From contig JAGIQG010000020.1 of NCBI GenBank assembly GCA_024679065.1, positions 7,998,001 through 8,062,000 on the forward strand: a DNA stretch of 64,000 bases, written 5' to 3'. The notes under the pieces are model-generated. The model worked only from the letters and a program-made list of their open reading frames with translations. It was not told the origin of the DNA and made no database searches. Below, in pieces: positions 1 to 12,419 of the stretch (its first letter is position 1; every line of letters starts with the position of its first letter). The translations under genes were made by a program, and so were the position numbers. Source of the stretch: Sphyrna mokarran. Lineage: Eukaryota.

Positions 1-877
1 TGAGTGCGGATTGGAACTTGGCCCAGACTGTAATAGTTTTATTGTCGAGATCCCCCAAAATGATCTCCGCGGTTACTTTTTTTCCATAGACAGTAATGAG
101 ACCAATCATTGGTTAATCTGCTTTCGCACAATGAGGATAGCCTGTCAATACTTCCTCCAAAACTGTAATACCTAGTGTGTTCGGCCCATCAATTGAGGAG
201 CTTAGTTTAATTCTAATCCAAAAACTGTAACCACCGCCTGAGCCACTTTCCCTTCGCGGGACTGTCAGTCCAGATAGCGCGGTCAGCTTCCCGTGCGGAG
301 TTGAAACCATCTGAGCCGAGAAAGGAGAACCTCACAGGGTGAAACTGCCAGTGAAACTGTAACTACACTGCTCAGCATAACATAAAATTACATCAGTAAA
401 AACATGATGGTAAAACTGATCAACATTTCTTTCCATGGGAACACAATAGAGCAAATTTAATGCATGTTCAAACGTTTCTAATTCTATTTCTAATTTTAAC
501 TGGTAACGCAGATTTTCCATGTGGAAACACGGCGGCTAAAAATAATACCGTTATTTTCAATAACGTGTTATGAACCAAGGGATCTTTAATGGTATTCTGG
601 GAGACATTGCGAATAGTAAAATTGTTGTCTATAAAATTGAACAGAGTCAACTCCAGTTCAACGCCAGTCAGTCATTAAAACTGAACTTCGCTTTTTAGAT
701 CCAAATGTCTCATCGATCTCCCTCTCTCACCTTTCCACCGATGAAAGCACAAAGTAAAGGGATCTATTTATTGTATTTAATGAATGACAGAATTTGGATC
801 ATATTGTTTGGAAAATCATAATGCATCAAACAAATCAATTCCTCAACACTACTCAACCTATTTTGTTTTAAAACCAG

Positions 878-1200
878 GTCCGCAGAAACCATCTGTCTCT
901 CTCCTCCCGCCTTCATCGGATCAAATCACAGCGAAGAACACGGCGACCCTGGTGTGTTTGGTGAGCGGTTTTAAACCGGGAGCGGCGGAGATTGAATGGA
1001 CTGTAGATGGCAGCGTCAGAGGGAATGGGGTTGAGACCAGTCGGATCCAGCAGGACGCGGACAACACATTCAGTGTGAGCAGTTATCTGACTCTGTCAGC
1101 CTCAGAGTGGAACTCACACGAGCTTTACTCCTGTCTGGTCAAACACGAGGCTCTAGCAAACCCGCTTCAAACAACCGTCTCTAGATCCAGCTGTATGTAA
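878..1200 (+). CDS. Ig light-chain constant exon, lambda / type II (NS3-like), cluster A; its V-J lies upstream of the window
   Basis: Splice acceptor ttttaaaaccAG at 876-877, then a phase-1 open frame (G)PQKPSVSLLPPSSDQITAKNTATLVC...W...YSC...SRSSCM* with C1-set Cys/Trp/Cys and a penultimate inter-chain Cys; closely resembles shark type II (lambda) CL as I recall it. Confidence 0.95.
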
Positions 1201-1508
1201 ATTTAGAAACTGCTCTCAGCCCAGCTGCGAAAGTTTGTTTATTTCTGTTCATTTCTTTCATGCGATAAAAAGGGTAGAAATTGATCGTGTTTCAGAAGTT
1301 TAAGAAAATGGCCACCGCGGTTGGACCTTCGGGTTTTAGCACTTGCTCTTTTGAAAGGGTCTTCGTTCGGAACATTGTTAGTGTTCTGTGAAACCTCGTT
1401 GTTTATCAATTTACATTTATGTATCTGATAATCGTAATTAAAATGCAACAATCTGGTTATTGCAATTTAAGTGTCTACTTATTCGCAGACATTTAGATAA
1501 AAACGTTC

Positions 1509-1514
1509 AATAAA
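1509..1514 (+). promoter_or_regulatory. Putative polyadenylation signal of cluster A
   Basis: AATAAA about 310 nt after the stop codon. Confidence 0.6.
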
Positions 1515-3229
1515 ATAATTAAGATCAAATGCAATACTACGCACCGTCTCTTTTATTGCTATATTCAAGATAAGTCAAATCTAACATTTTGTTGTTATTT
1601 AGTCTTACGTAACATGTCATATTGTAAATATTTTGTTCTCAACTTTGGAAAAGAAGCTATTGCTTGCACTCCCTGTTGGTAACTGAGATGGCCGATACTG
1701 CCCAAGCTTTAGACCAAGTAAAATTTACGAAGCCAGTATCTCTGTATTAAAGACATAACTTTACTCAAACCAACGATCGCCAGGAGTTCGTCAAAGAGAT
1801 ATGTAACTCTGAGGTAGAGCAGAAAAACATCTCCGATCTAACATATACAATCAAAAACAAATCAATCATACTTTTTTCCCTTACGAATCATTTGCGACTT
1901 TCAGTAAGTTTAAATCAATCATTATCAAGCTGCACAAATCAACAGTAATACACGTCAAATACATTCTACCCTCAGCATAATGGTATTTTGTTAGTCCTAG
2001 AAATCTGGAATGTAACTCTAGTCTTGCTTGACTCCACATACTGGTTGCCTGGGTAACCTAAGACACTTAGCCCAGAGTTCAAATGAACGCTCTCACAGGT
2101 TCCCTTAAGGTTGACTGTACATCCACTTAACTCGACATCACGTCTTGACACCAGTCTACCTCGTCCGGACAATGAATAAACCTATTCATGATATATGAGC
2201 CGTGTTCGATATGTTCCTTTCATCCAAAACTTTATTAATAAATCTTGCATATTTCTAAGGCCTAAGCTTCTCTTGAAATTTGGCTTGCCATAATGATTTG
2301 TATCATGATGCCTTGCTGTTTGACTAAAGTGAGCAATATTCCGTAAAATCAATAACAATGCATCCAAAATATCAGCATAGGTGTTTTATAATCATAATCA
2401 TTCGTTTGAATCAGGTACTGCGTTTCAAATGTGTGAATTGCTTCTTGTAAGCTGATAAACTATTTTAACAGCAATTTAACTGAATGCTGTTAGTTCTGTC
2501 AGTGCTTTAATGTCTACTGGTTCAAAAATCTTATACCCCATCAAGGGTTCCACTTACACACTCTTTCATCAAATCTTAGAAGCCTCTTTGTTACCCCGTA
2601 TAGTGTTTAAAGCTCCTTGTATCTGGCTTCACTCTATTTCTCTGCTGATTTACGCATTAAAGTTATCTGGAAATAAGACCCACCGCTGTTGCAGAGTCTG
2701 GTGAAATAGGATTGTTGTTATAGTGAAAGGTTGTTTATCAATTACCTTCATGCATCCGATGATATTTATTAAAATGCAGCAAATCAAATCAATCCAAGCA
2801 ATATGGTCATTGTAGCTTCAGTTTGGGATCAGTGTTAGAAGCTCCAAATAAAACTGATAGATAAATGAACTGACCTAAGATCAAACGCAATACGTTTTTT
2901 CGTGTCTCTTATTGATGAAGAAAATTTGCCAAATCTAAAACTTCATGGACGTTAGTAAGGATAATTCAGCAAACAGGGCGCAAAGTTATCCGGAAACAAA
3001 TTTCACCACTGTTATAGAGTCAGGTGAAATACTCAAAGTCATAGCACTTAACAGCACAGAAAGAAGCACTTTGGCTCACCGTGACTGCACCGACCATCAC
3101 GCACCTACCTATTGTAATCCCATTTCCATACACTGCATATTCAAAAGAGTTGTAAGATAGGGGTTTTGGGGTTTTCAGACTTCCACAAAGGAGGACCAAG
3201 GAATTCATGAGGTCAGAGGAAAGATTTGA

Positions 3230-4210
3230 CAAGCAAGAGTCCTAAATACAGCTTGCAACTTCATCCAAACAGATACAGGTAAGAAGGGATCCGTGGATAT
3301 AACGTGCGAATGTTAGTGGCAACAACTGGTGAAATCATAAGGAATTACGAAAGAGAAGCAAACCAAAGGTAATTAGAAATCTCTGGTTCAGCAAGAACGA
3401 AGAAGTTCAATAAATTAGTATAAGGCAAGAAGTAGTAGATGTGAAAATAACGAGAATAAATCGTGACAAATCCCATGGGACTGTGTGAGTCCACATCATA
3501 TAGTTTGTGGGACTGCAGGTAACAGCAAGGAGATATTCCGGGATCCTTTGATTCTGCAACATTTCTCGAAGTTTGGAATGTTTTAAAGTCAATCCTGATA
3601 TTTACGGAAGGAGGGAAAAATAAATCGTGAATCAGAAGGCAGTCAGAAAAGCGCCAGGGGCAGGCAAAAATCTAGAACATCTTTCTTGGAGGCGTGATGA
3701 CTGGGCATTTAGAAAGTGATCTTTTTGAGATGTTACTGGAAAGAAGAATAAGGTGGGATCAGCGGGTTTATTTGCATTTTTACAAAAAAACTATAAATCA
3801 GGTATCACTACACACGTTTCATAGATAGAATTCGGACACGCGGGGTTGGGTGCAATATATGAACCTGAATTTCAATTGGTGAATGGACAGAAAACAGGAA
3901 ACAAGAATAAATTGGTCATTATCGCGTTGGCTGAGTTTAGAGAGCAGTGTTTGGACAAGATCAAGACTTGCAACGCCACAACGTGCAAGATATTAATAGT
4001 ATTTCAATTTTCTACGCAGAGAGCTGTGGAATTGCAGTCACCGTGTTTATTCGAGGCGGAAATTTATTTTGGGTTATTAAGCCAATTACCGAATTTGGGG
4101 ATAGCGCAGGAAGGTGGTCTTGAGGTAGATGATCTGTTCATGACCTTGCTGAATGGCGCAACAGATTCGAAGGGCAAAATGCCATCTTCCTGCTCCTCTT
4201 TCTTATGTTC
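3230..4210 (+). mobile_element. Old degenerate CR1 LINE fragments (ORF2 and 3' tail)
   Basis: Patchy similarity to the better-preserved CR1 copies in the window, ending in a CR1-type tail (gaatggcgcaacagattcgaagggc...ttcttatgttcttatg). Confidence 0.6.
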
Positions 4211-5629
4211 TTATGTCCAGCTGTTATGTGTTCTCTGGTGTTGATTACCGACGAAGGGAATAGGACGTAATTTAATTTTTATGCGGCTTGGCCCATGTTG
4301 ATCAATCACAAGATGAAGAAGTTTGCTGAAACCACGTTGAAAACTGTCAGTGCAAGACTTTAACAGAAACAATGCAACGTTTGGATTCATCCTTTGCTTG
4401 AGCGCGTGACTGCTGATTTTGGCTTCATCACAGATATCCGCATTCAATTGCCAAGTCTGTTATCCAATGTGTCCTTTGACCAAGCACGGTTCTGAAACCT
4501 GCAAACCTGCTCTATCTCCTGTGCCAGCTGAAAAACTCTGTCTAGGTACTACGAATGACAGTACAACCATTTAGCAATTAGATTGATGAATTCCACAGGC
4601 ATTGGGCAAAGAAAATAAAAGCTGATATACATTATTTTCTGGCCACTGAAACTGATTTAGGGCATTTTTAATCATGCCAACCTATTGACTCTGACACCCT
4701 TCAGAAGAGACTTGAAACCGTGTCTCCCTTTTGTATCCCATAGAGATGCAATTTTTATTGAAAGAACAGTATAGCACAGGAACAGACCCTTCGGCCCACC
4801 AGGTCTGTGCCGACACGGATGTCTTATTAATCTAATATTTCTTGCCCCTATGTGGTCGATATCACTCCATCAAAGAAAATAAATCCATGAAATCAACCAA
4901 TGAAAGTATTCAAAAACAATTTTTCCCCCAGTGAACAACACTGGAAATGATTATGTTTTGATGGCGTTTCTGCTTGCGAAAGTTTGATGTGCACAACATT
5001 TTCTGCCGTGATCCCTGTTTCACAACAGTGACTAACTTCAAACCTATTTCATTGACTGTGAAGAGCCTCAGGACGTCCTGCTACCATGAAAGGCGCCATA
5101 TAATTGTAATGTGGAGAATTGTCAAGAGAAAAATTGTCAGGAAGCAAATTGTCAGGGGAAAGATGAGTTGAGTGGGATTTCACGGATCACCCTTCCAAAG
5201 CGCCATTCAATCTTGATCGGCTGGGCCGCCTCCTTCTGTATAACTACTGCTCCATGGTTGCAAATGATGAGTTCGAAGGATGGTCTGAGATTGTGAGAGA
5301 GGAAGCGTCCAAAAACATTTCTTTTTTTGCCGTGAAGGAAACGTGGGAAAGACATCCATGATCGCCTCACACTACTGAATGATCTCTAAATAAAGGAATG
5401 TGTTCATTTCAATTATATCATGGAACCAACTGCTTCGAATTTTCCAGTGCGCCCTTAAGGAATAGACTCCACTTCCAGCAGTGCATGAACTCTACCCAGA
5501 TTAATTCAGTTTCATTGAAATGCACAACACCTGATCTCTCTTATTCTTGAGTCCTGATACTCAATTCTCTATAAATAACGTGCTTCCCAAATAATGGACA
5601 AATAGCCGTGAAAATTCAATAGGGACGCA

Positions 5630-5880
5630 TTATTTTTTATTCATTTGTGGGACACGGACGTCGCTGGGTGGCCAGCACTTATTGTCCATTTCTAGTTGCC
5701 CTTCATCAGAGGGCATTTGAGAGTTAGCCACGTTGCTGTGACTTTTGTGTCATATGTAGGCCAGACCAAGCAAGGACGGCAGATTTCCTTACCTAATGGT
5801 ACATTAGTGAACCAGGTGGAGTTTTCCGACAATTATATCATGGTTCTCAGTGAGCCTACAGGACATCCTCTGAGTTTCTG
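5630..5880 (-). mobile_element. Partial SINE of the same family as 55710-55995
   Basis: Reverse complement matches the body and 3' end of the 55710 element; its tail is shared with the YKAQVR-type LINE relics. Confidence 0.5.
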
Positions 5881-7739
5881 AATTAATAGTTTAGCAATAA
5901 TACCAATCGGCCATCGATCCACAACTGAGATCAATTGCTTCCAAAAAATCTCAAAGTGGGAAATTGCAGGGACTCTGGCAGAAATACCCTAGAAATTGCT
6001 GAATACAAGGGAAGTATCTGGATACTTGGGCAGAAGCCGGTTAATTCTTTTAATGGTAGCAGAGTGATTTATAGAAACGAATGTGGTGAGTCTACCGTCC
6101 ATTGGGTGGAAAATTTAGGAGGTGTTTATTCGAAATAATATCATCGAGCATCTGTGCAGAAAGCAGATTTGCAAAGATAGGACCGATCATGACCGAGAAT
6201 TCATTAGCCTAACATGTTGTGTTTCTTTGGTAAACGGCCTTGATAGTTGGAAAGTTTGGTACTTGGATTTCAGAGAGGCATTTGATACAGATCCTGCGGA
6301 AGGAATGTTATTGGAATTGAATAATGCAATAACGATAGGAAATATGTTAGAATGGACAGTCTTATAGCCACTTGAAGAGGAGTGCACATGAATCCCCGAT
6401 CACACCTCTCCAAGTCTGACCATAACAGACCCTTTTTGGGAAGGTGGGAGGAGCAGGGTGTGGCGGGGAAATGTGGGTGCCTGGGGCCGTATTAAACGAA
6501 GATGAAGTTAACTGTCTGCTAATCAGTTATGTATTGTTTCCAAAGAGTTAGTCCATGAGTTTAAAGCAAGAAAAATGGTTAAATTGCGTTCGTACAAAAA
6601 CCCGGTTAGTTAAAGATATAAACGTATTTCACAAGGTAAATCTCGACTTCGGAATTCGCTCATCCATACAGTAAAAGACGCCGAATTACAAAGCTATGCA
6701 GTAGGCAGTTGTTTCCTTAGCAAAATTAGAATTCAATGCTATAAGGAAAATAAAGCAAAAGTTCACTGTGATGAGTATTTTACTGGTATTTGTGGCTTTG
6801 GCAGATTTTCTGCATGTTGGCCTTGAGAACACTGGAATTAAAGTCGGTATAAAAGTGTATTCCCACAAGGAATTTATTTTAAAATTTTTATCCGTCTTTT
6901 CCTAAAGTTCATGAAATTTGCACCCGCTCTTTCTTTCGATGTATAGTCACTGTCTCTGTGCTATGTTGTTAAATTGTAACAGAGAGAGGATATTAACTGT
7001 GGAGAGAGAAAAGTGTTTCGGCCCCACTGGCACATTAACCTCCGATAACTGTTGTCGCAGCTTATGTTCTGTATTCTGTTATTTGTGTCACCTGACCTCT
7101 CTCGCCATAATGATTTCAGCTGATATCAGAACACACATCCGTAAAATCCCTGTCATGAGATAGATCAGATTCATTATGCATCTTGATTAGTCAAGAGGCT
7201 TGCGTGTCCATTTAACTTTTGTACTGGTCGTCTTTCTGAATCTGATTAAGAGATAACATTATAGAAATGTATATTTGAGGTGCAGTACAGTTTCAGTAAT
7301 GATTTTAAAATAGTTCTCGAGATCGGCAGGCGGTAGATTCGAAGGTGTCTGAGTATGTCTTGGTTGTATTCCTTATCGGAGCTGTCAGTAAAACTGATCA
7401 GCTAGTAATATCAGACTGCAGGTGACTTGTGCCAGCCATCTTAATTCATTGTCTTAGCTGGTTTTGCAAACATACTTTAAACAGCTGAAAATGCATTCAA
7501 TCAGCTGATTAAATGAAAGATCAATACCACTGATGAACAAATAATGTGATTGTGTGAATAAATAATTGTTAATCAATAGAATCCAGAGCGGATGCCCCAA
7601 AGATTTTCTTCATCCTTGGAATAGTATCCACGTGTGCAATGTGGGAGAATGTATTTTGTTTAATATTTTTATATGCGACCTGAGCTGGGAATCAAGGACA
7701 CGATGATAAAAAAATGTATCTGAATGTAAGCGAGGAAAA

Positions 7740-8020
7740 AGTGGACTCAGAAGTCTCCATCTGCTCGCCCAAATGGATATAAAGAAATCCCTGAACGTAT
7801 TCGAAGAAAACAAGGGAAGTTAATCCCTATATCCTGTTCTAATATTTGGCCGTCACTGGACATGATTAGAAATAATTATTTTGTCTTGATGAAATTCCTA
7901 CTTAATAGAAGTTTGCTGCGCTCACATTTGCTCCGTGAGTGCCCTTCAAAAAGCATTTCAGTAACTGCGAAACGTTTTAGGACTATCTGGTAACCTAAAA
8001 AGCGTTATATAATTGCAATG
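7740..8020 (+). mobile_element. DeuSINE-like (SacSINE1/AmnSINE1-related) fragment
   Basis: Resembles the Deu-domain SINE consensus as recalled (tggatataaagaaatccc...ttcgaagaaaacaagggaagtt...cttcaaaaagcatttc...aaaagcgttatataattgcaa). Confidence 0.55.
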
Positions 8021-8631
8021 AGGAAAATTGGCAAGGCGATGGGAAAAGATTGTTACCTAGAACGAATAGGCCGACACTCTTGCCATATTACAACTCTTGG
8101 GTAACTTCGCACTTTGAGTGCCTTGTATGTTTTTTTCTTACCCTGGGACCAACACATTAAAGCAATTGAAACGATAAAATTATTGAGGCGATAGAGAGTT
8201 AGCATAATGATGAACGATAATGTAAGTGTGGCTGACTGGATAGGAGAAGTCCGAGAACAGATTGATTTGATTTTTTTAGCGTTCTAATGTAACTAACTAA
8301 TGGTTCGGATATTTCGGGTGCCAACGACAATGAAATAATCTTATGTTAATGTCATTACTCACAATTAAGTTCCGGAATCCCCACTTCCGGAATTGAAAGA
8401 GGCAATTTAAATATTGTTGTTACTTAATTTAGCTGACGGAGTCTGCGCTGTTGAGGTTCCCAGAGAACAATCAATTCGGAATTGTTGAACTGTCGAAGAG
8501 TTCACTGCCATTAGTTTCAGTGTAGAATCCTTGGTTTACAGATTATTGAGTCGGGTGTTCCTGGGGTTTTAACGGCAGACGAATTTATAATTGCTATCAA
8601 AAGGATTCACTGGCCTTGAAATAAAAATATA

Positions 8632-8875
8632 GACCTTTGCCAATTTTCCTCTTTGCAATTATTTTTTCGACACCAGGAAGTCCTGCAACGCTTCGCAGTT
8701 ACTGAAATGCTTTTTGAAAGGCAGTCACTGTATTAATGGAACAAACCTGAGTGCGACAAACGCAAGTAGGAATTTCATCAAAACAATACAATTATTTCTA
8801 ATCTTGTGCAGTGGGGGCAAAATATAAGTACGGGATTTGGGGGTTAACTTCCCTTGATTTCTTGAATACGTTGAG
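8632..8875 (-). repeat. Inverted copy of about 7791-8037
   Basis: Reverse complement aligns to 7791-8037 at roughly 75-80% by eye, including sequence beyond the SINE 3' end. Confidence 0.8.
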
Positions 8876-10254
8876 TGTCAAGTGTTCCCATTATGAAAAA
8901 AAAAACACATCATGCCAACATGGTTTTTAAAGTTTATTTACAGTCAAAGCACCCAAAAACGTCACTACAGACAACAGGGCACGGCAGGCAGAAGGCGGTC
9001 TACTCCTCTGCTGTGGTTCCTGGGCAGACCGAGAGCTGGGTTTAGGAAAGTGAAGAGAGTTTAGTTGCAGCGAGTGGTCACTGGCATTATGAAGCAATTG
9101 TAGATAGTGAGCATTCATGTAATGATTAATCCTCCATTGTTAATGTATTAAACCTCACTTTTTGCACCGTATTTCTACCTGCCAATTCTCATTAGATTTC
9201 TCCACGGATCCACGGTCTGAGCTCCCTCGTCTAACAAGAAAAAACAACGCAGCACAGGAAACGGGCCCTTCCGCCCGACAAGCCCCCGCCGCCATTTTAA
9301 CATTCAGTGAGTACCTCATTCTAATCCCTCTTCTATCTCTGACCTCATCGCTTATCTCTGAACTCCCCCTCAGAAATGAGGCCGCCAAGTTCCCAGAATC
9401 TGCTGTAATACACGCGGATTCGAAGTCGCGCCACCGGGCGACAAGTAATTGAGTGTCAGGGCAGGTGACAGCCGGATGGGTCGCTACTGATATAATACTA
9501 AATATCCCCTCCCCCCCGCCGCTCCTCTTCATCACCGCAACCCCCGCCCACCCGCCCCCGAATCCATTGACGCCCGTTGCAAACTGCGGCCCAAAAATCC
9601 CACCCAGTTGACAAATAAGTTAATTGCGGGTGTGAAGTGATCTTGTTAATAAATCAGAGGAAATAAATCGGCAACGAAACAGGCGTGAGTCTTTATTGCA
9701 ACTAAATTTCAGATTTAAATTGTTCAAAATTCCCAATGAATTCTGAGATAATATGTCCTGATAAAAGTACCACGCTCAAGTCCATGCTGTCAATCTAGTC
9801 TTGCCATATTGTGTTTCTATTCACATTAAATCTATCATAAATAAGGCGATCTCTGAACTCTTCCTTTTTCCTTCTCTGCTCACTTTTCCTTTTCCAATTT
9901 CCCCTCTTGATCCCACTTCAATTGATTCCCATTCCTTAAACAAGAGGCGTCCCAGGTAACCTTATAGTCCCAATAACCACCATTGATCAAGAGTTGCCGG
10001 TAACTGCGAATCTGCTCAAATCTACATCAATCTCAAACTGTGATGTCCTTATCTCCAGTAAAACGTCTTATTTCTCGTTCCAACTTCCCTCGGTGCGTCC
10101 TTCACTCCGCCCTTTTAAATTCAAAGATACAGGTTGGAGCATTCATGGTTTAGTCTTTCACCGCCTTACCTGAATGGGCTACTTATAGCTGCATTAGACT
10201 CTGTTCTCCACTGTCAAAACTGCCAAAACAATCCCCGTTTCTTTTCTCCATAGA

Positions 10255-10790
10255 CCAAAAGACCATATGACATAAGAGGTGATGTGGGCCATTTAATGGA
10301 GTCATGGCTGATCTGACATCACCTTCAACCCACTTTCCCGCCTTATTCCCACAACCCTTCATTGACTTACTAATTAAAACTGCTGTCTGTCTCATATTTA
10401 ACGTTGTCTCTACAGATGTGTTAGCTAAATAATACTACAAATTGACCACTCTCAGTGGGAAGAAATTTCTGCTCATCGATGTCTTAAATGGACAACTCCT
10501 TACTCTGAAATTATGCCCTCTGGTGCTACGGAATGGAACATCCTCTCAGCATCTATTTCCTCAAGCCCAAAGAGAATCCTATACGTCTCAACAAAATTGC
10601 CCCTCATTCTTCTGAATTTCAATGAATATTGGCCACAACCTATGAAACCTGTCAGCATGAGAAAATCCCTCCATATGTGGGACATCCTAGTAAACTTTCC
10701 CTGGTCTATCTCCAATGTCAGTGCATCTTTCTTTACATAAAGGGGTCAAAGCATTTCACAGTATTCCAGGTGACATTAGCAGTGCTTGTT
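10255..10790 (-). mobile_element. CR1 LINE 3' fragment
   Basis: Minus-strand ORF fragment YSLKFRRMRGNFVETYRIL and a CR1-type tail. Confidence 0.8.
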
Positions 10791-10791
10791 A

Positions 10792-11116
10792 TAGAATCAT
10801 AGAAACCCTACAGTACAGAAAGAGGTCATTCGGGCCACTGAGTTTGCACCGACCACAATCCCATCCAGGCCCTTCTCCCATTCCCACCCGTTAATCTCTC
10901 TAACCTATACAACTCAGGACACTAAGGGGCAATTTAGGCATGGCCAATCAAACTAACCCGCAAATCTTTGGACTGTGGGAGCACCCAGAGGAAACCCACG
11001 CAGACATAAGGAGAATGTGCAAACTTCACACAGACAGTGACCTGAGCCAGAATCGAACTCAGGTCCCGAGAGCTATGAAGCATCAGTGCTAACCACTGTT
11101 CTACCGTGCCACCCCC
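10792..11116 (-). mobile_element. V-SINE (HE1-like) with tRNA-derived head and CR1-type tail
   Basis: Head with A/B boxes (ggtggcacggtagaacagtggttagcactg...gagttcgattc), V-domain (gtttgcacattctcc...gcgtgggtttcctc) and tail ending ttctatgattctat. Confidence 0.8.
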
Positions 11117-11599
11117 ATCTTCCAGAATTTCCCAGATTCTGGAAAGACTCAGTGGGTTGGAAAATGTAAGTGCTTTATTCCAGAAAGGGGGAAGACGCGA
11201 AGCTGGAAATTATAGGCCAGTTAGCCTCCATCTGCCACAGGAAGAATGCTAAAATCCTTTGTTAAGGAGATAGTAGCAGGATATTTTGTGAAAGGAAAAT
11301 CATTGTTTGATCAACTTATTTGAGTTTGTCCATGTGGCTTTTATTTCATGTCACATGTGTATTAATCAGTTAAGTTCGGATGTTTGTTTTTTTTCCTCTT
11401 AATTGTCATAAAGGTAAATCACTACCTTGCTCACAAGCCCTGATGTCCTGTGTATTCAACAGATTTTAGTCTCTTCAGTGCCTGCTGAAAGACATTTCGG
11501 ATAGCAAATACTATCATTGAGGCAGAGCTGTAACATTAGTTTCATGGTATGGTTTTGTATGAGATGTTTGGGAAGGAAAGATTGCCCTTGTTCTCGGAC

Positions 11600-12410
11600 G
11601 GAAGAAAAGCCTTGGGAGGCTTGCTGAACAATCGTTGAATCACGGCCTCCCTGGTGTACCTTCCTCCCTGAAAGAACCTCATTTCTGGTTCCTCATCTTA
11701 AACATGTGCTTGCCAGGTCTCACATCTGAGTCATCATTGGATTCCTCATCTGCAGCAAGTACATTTGCCTCAGAGTCCTCCTGGTCCACGAGTCTCTACC
11801 TTGAAAAAGAAAGATTAAACAGAGCACAGCAGACAATGACAACGAGCGACACTCTGGCAAGTATTATGTAGCAGCAGTCTGTGCACAGGAACACTATTTT
11901 CAGCAGACTTATTTTTCCCTCCACCACCGCTCTTTAGGAAGCACGGCAGAGATTGCATTTTTTAAAAACCTCTAATCTCAGATGCCTGAATGGCGCCCTC
12001 ATGCAAGTTGTAATGGAGACTTCTTGTCATCTGTTGAGAACTGCAGCTGTGAAAAGCCTTTGCATTTGAATATGTCAGTATGTAGGCATCTTGGCAGCTG
12101 TACCTCTACCTTGTAGAGACCTGTAGAATCTAGGTCCTTTGGTCACAGACGACTTGGCAATTCATGCACTGATACACCTTGATATCGACAAAGACACCTG
12201 TCTGGCTGGCTGGCGCCTTGATGACAACAAAGATACTATCGATGGCACCTTGGATACCTGGGAAGCCTGCAGTTACTGCAATGCCGCTAGCCTGGATAGA
12301 TTGGCTTAACCCATACTCAAATGGATGAATGGACTAACGCAGCTGAACAAGGCATTAGCCCCAGCTCGATGCAGCTATGCATAACTGAGTGGGAGACTCA
12401 GCAAAGTTCA
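11600..12410 (-). mobile_element. PIF/Harbinger DDE transposase relic (HARBI1-like), disrupted
   Basis: Minus-strand translation gives AGFPGIQGAIDSIFVVIKAP...FVDIKVYQCMNCQVVCDQ (about 12270-12140) and RVSLVVIVCCALFNL followed by an acidic tail, matching Harbinger motifs GFPxxxGAIDxTH...NxQxVCD and CxxLHN. Confidence 0.75.
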
Positions 12411-12419
12411 TCCAAATAT

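Noticed and set aside
784-877. N-terminal extension of the 138-aa ORF (likewise 41345-41474 and the post-J tails of the V ORFs)
   Set aside because: Intronic read-through beyond clear splice sites; not coding.
6594-6602. Perfect RSS nonamer ACAAAAACC
   Set aside because: No heptamer at 12- or 23-nt spacing.
9155-9620. GC-rich stretch with overlapping 96-126 aa ORFs on both strands
   Set aside because: No recognisable domain or splice structure; includes a CR1/SINE tail fragment and low-complexity C-runs.
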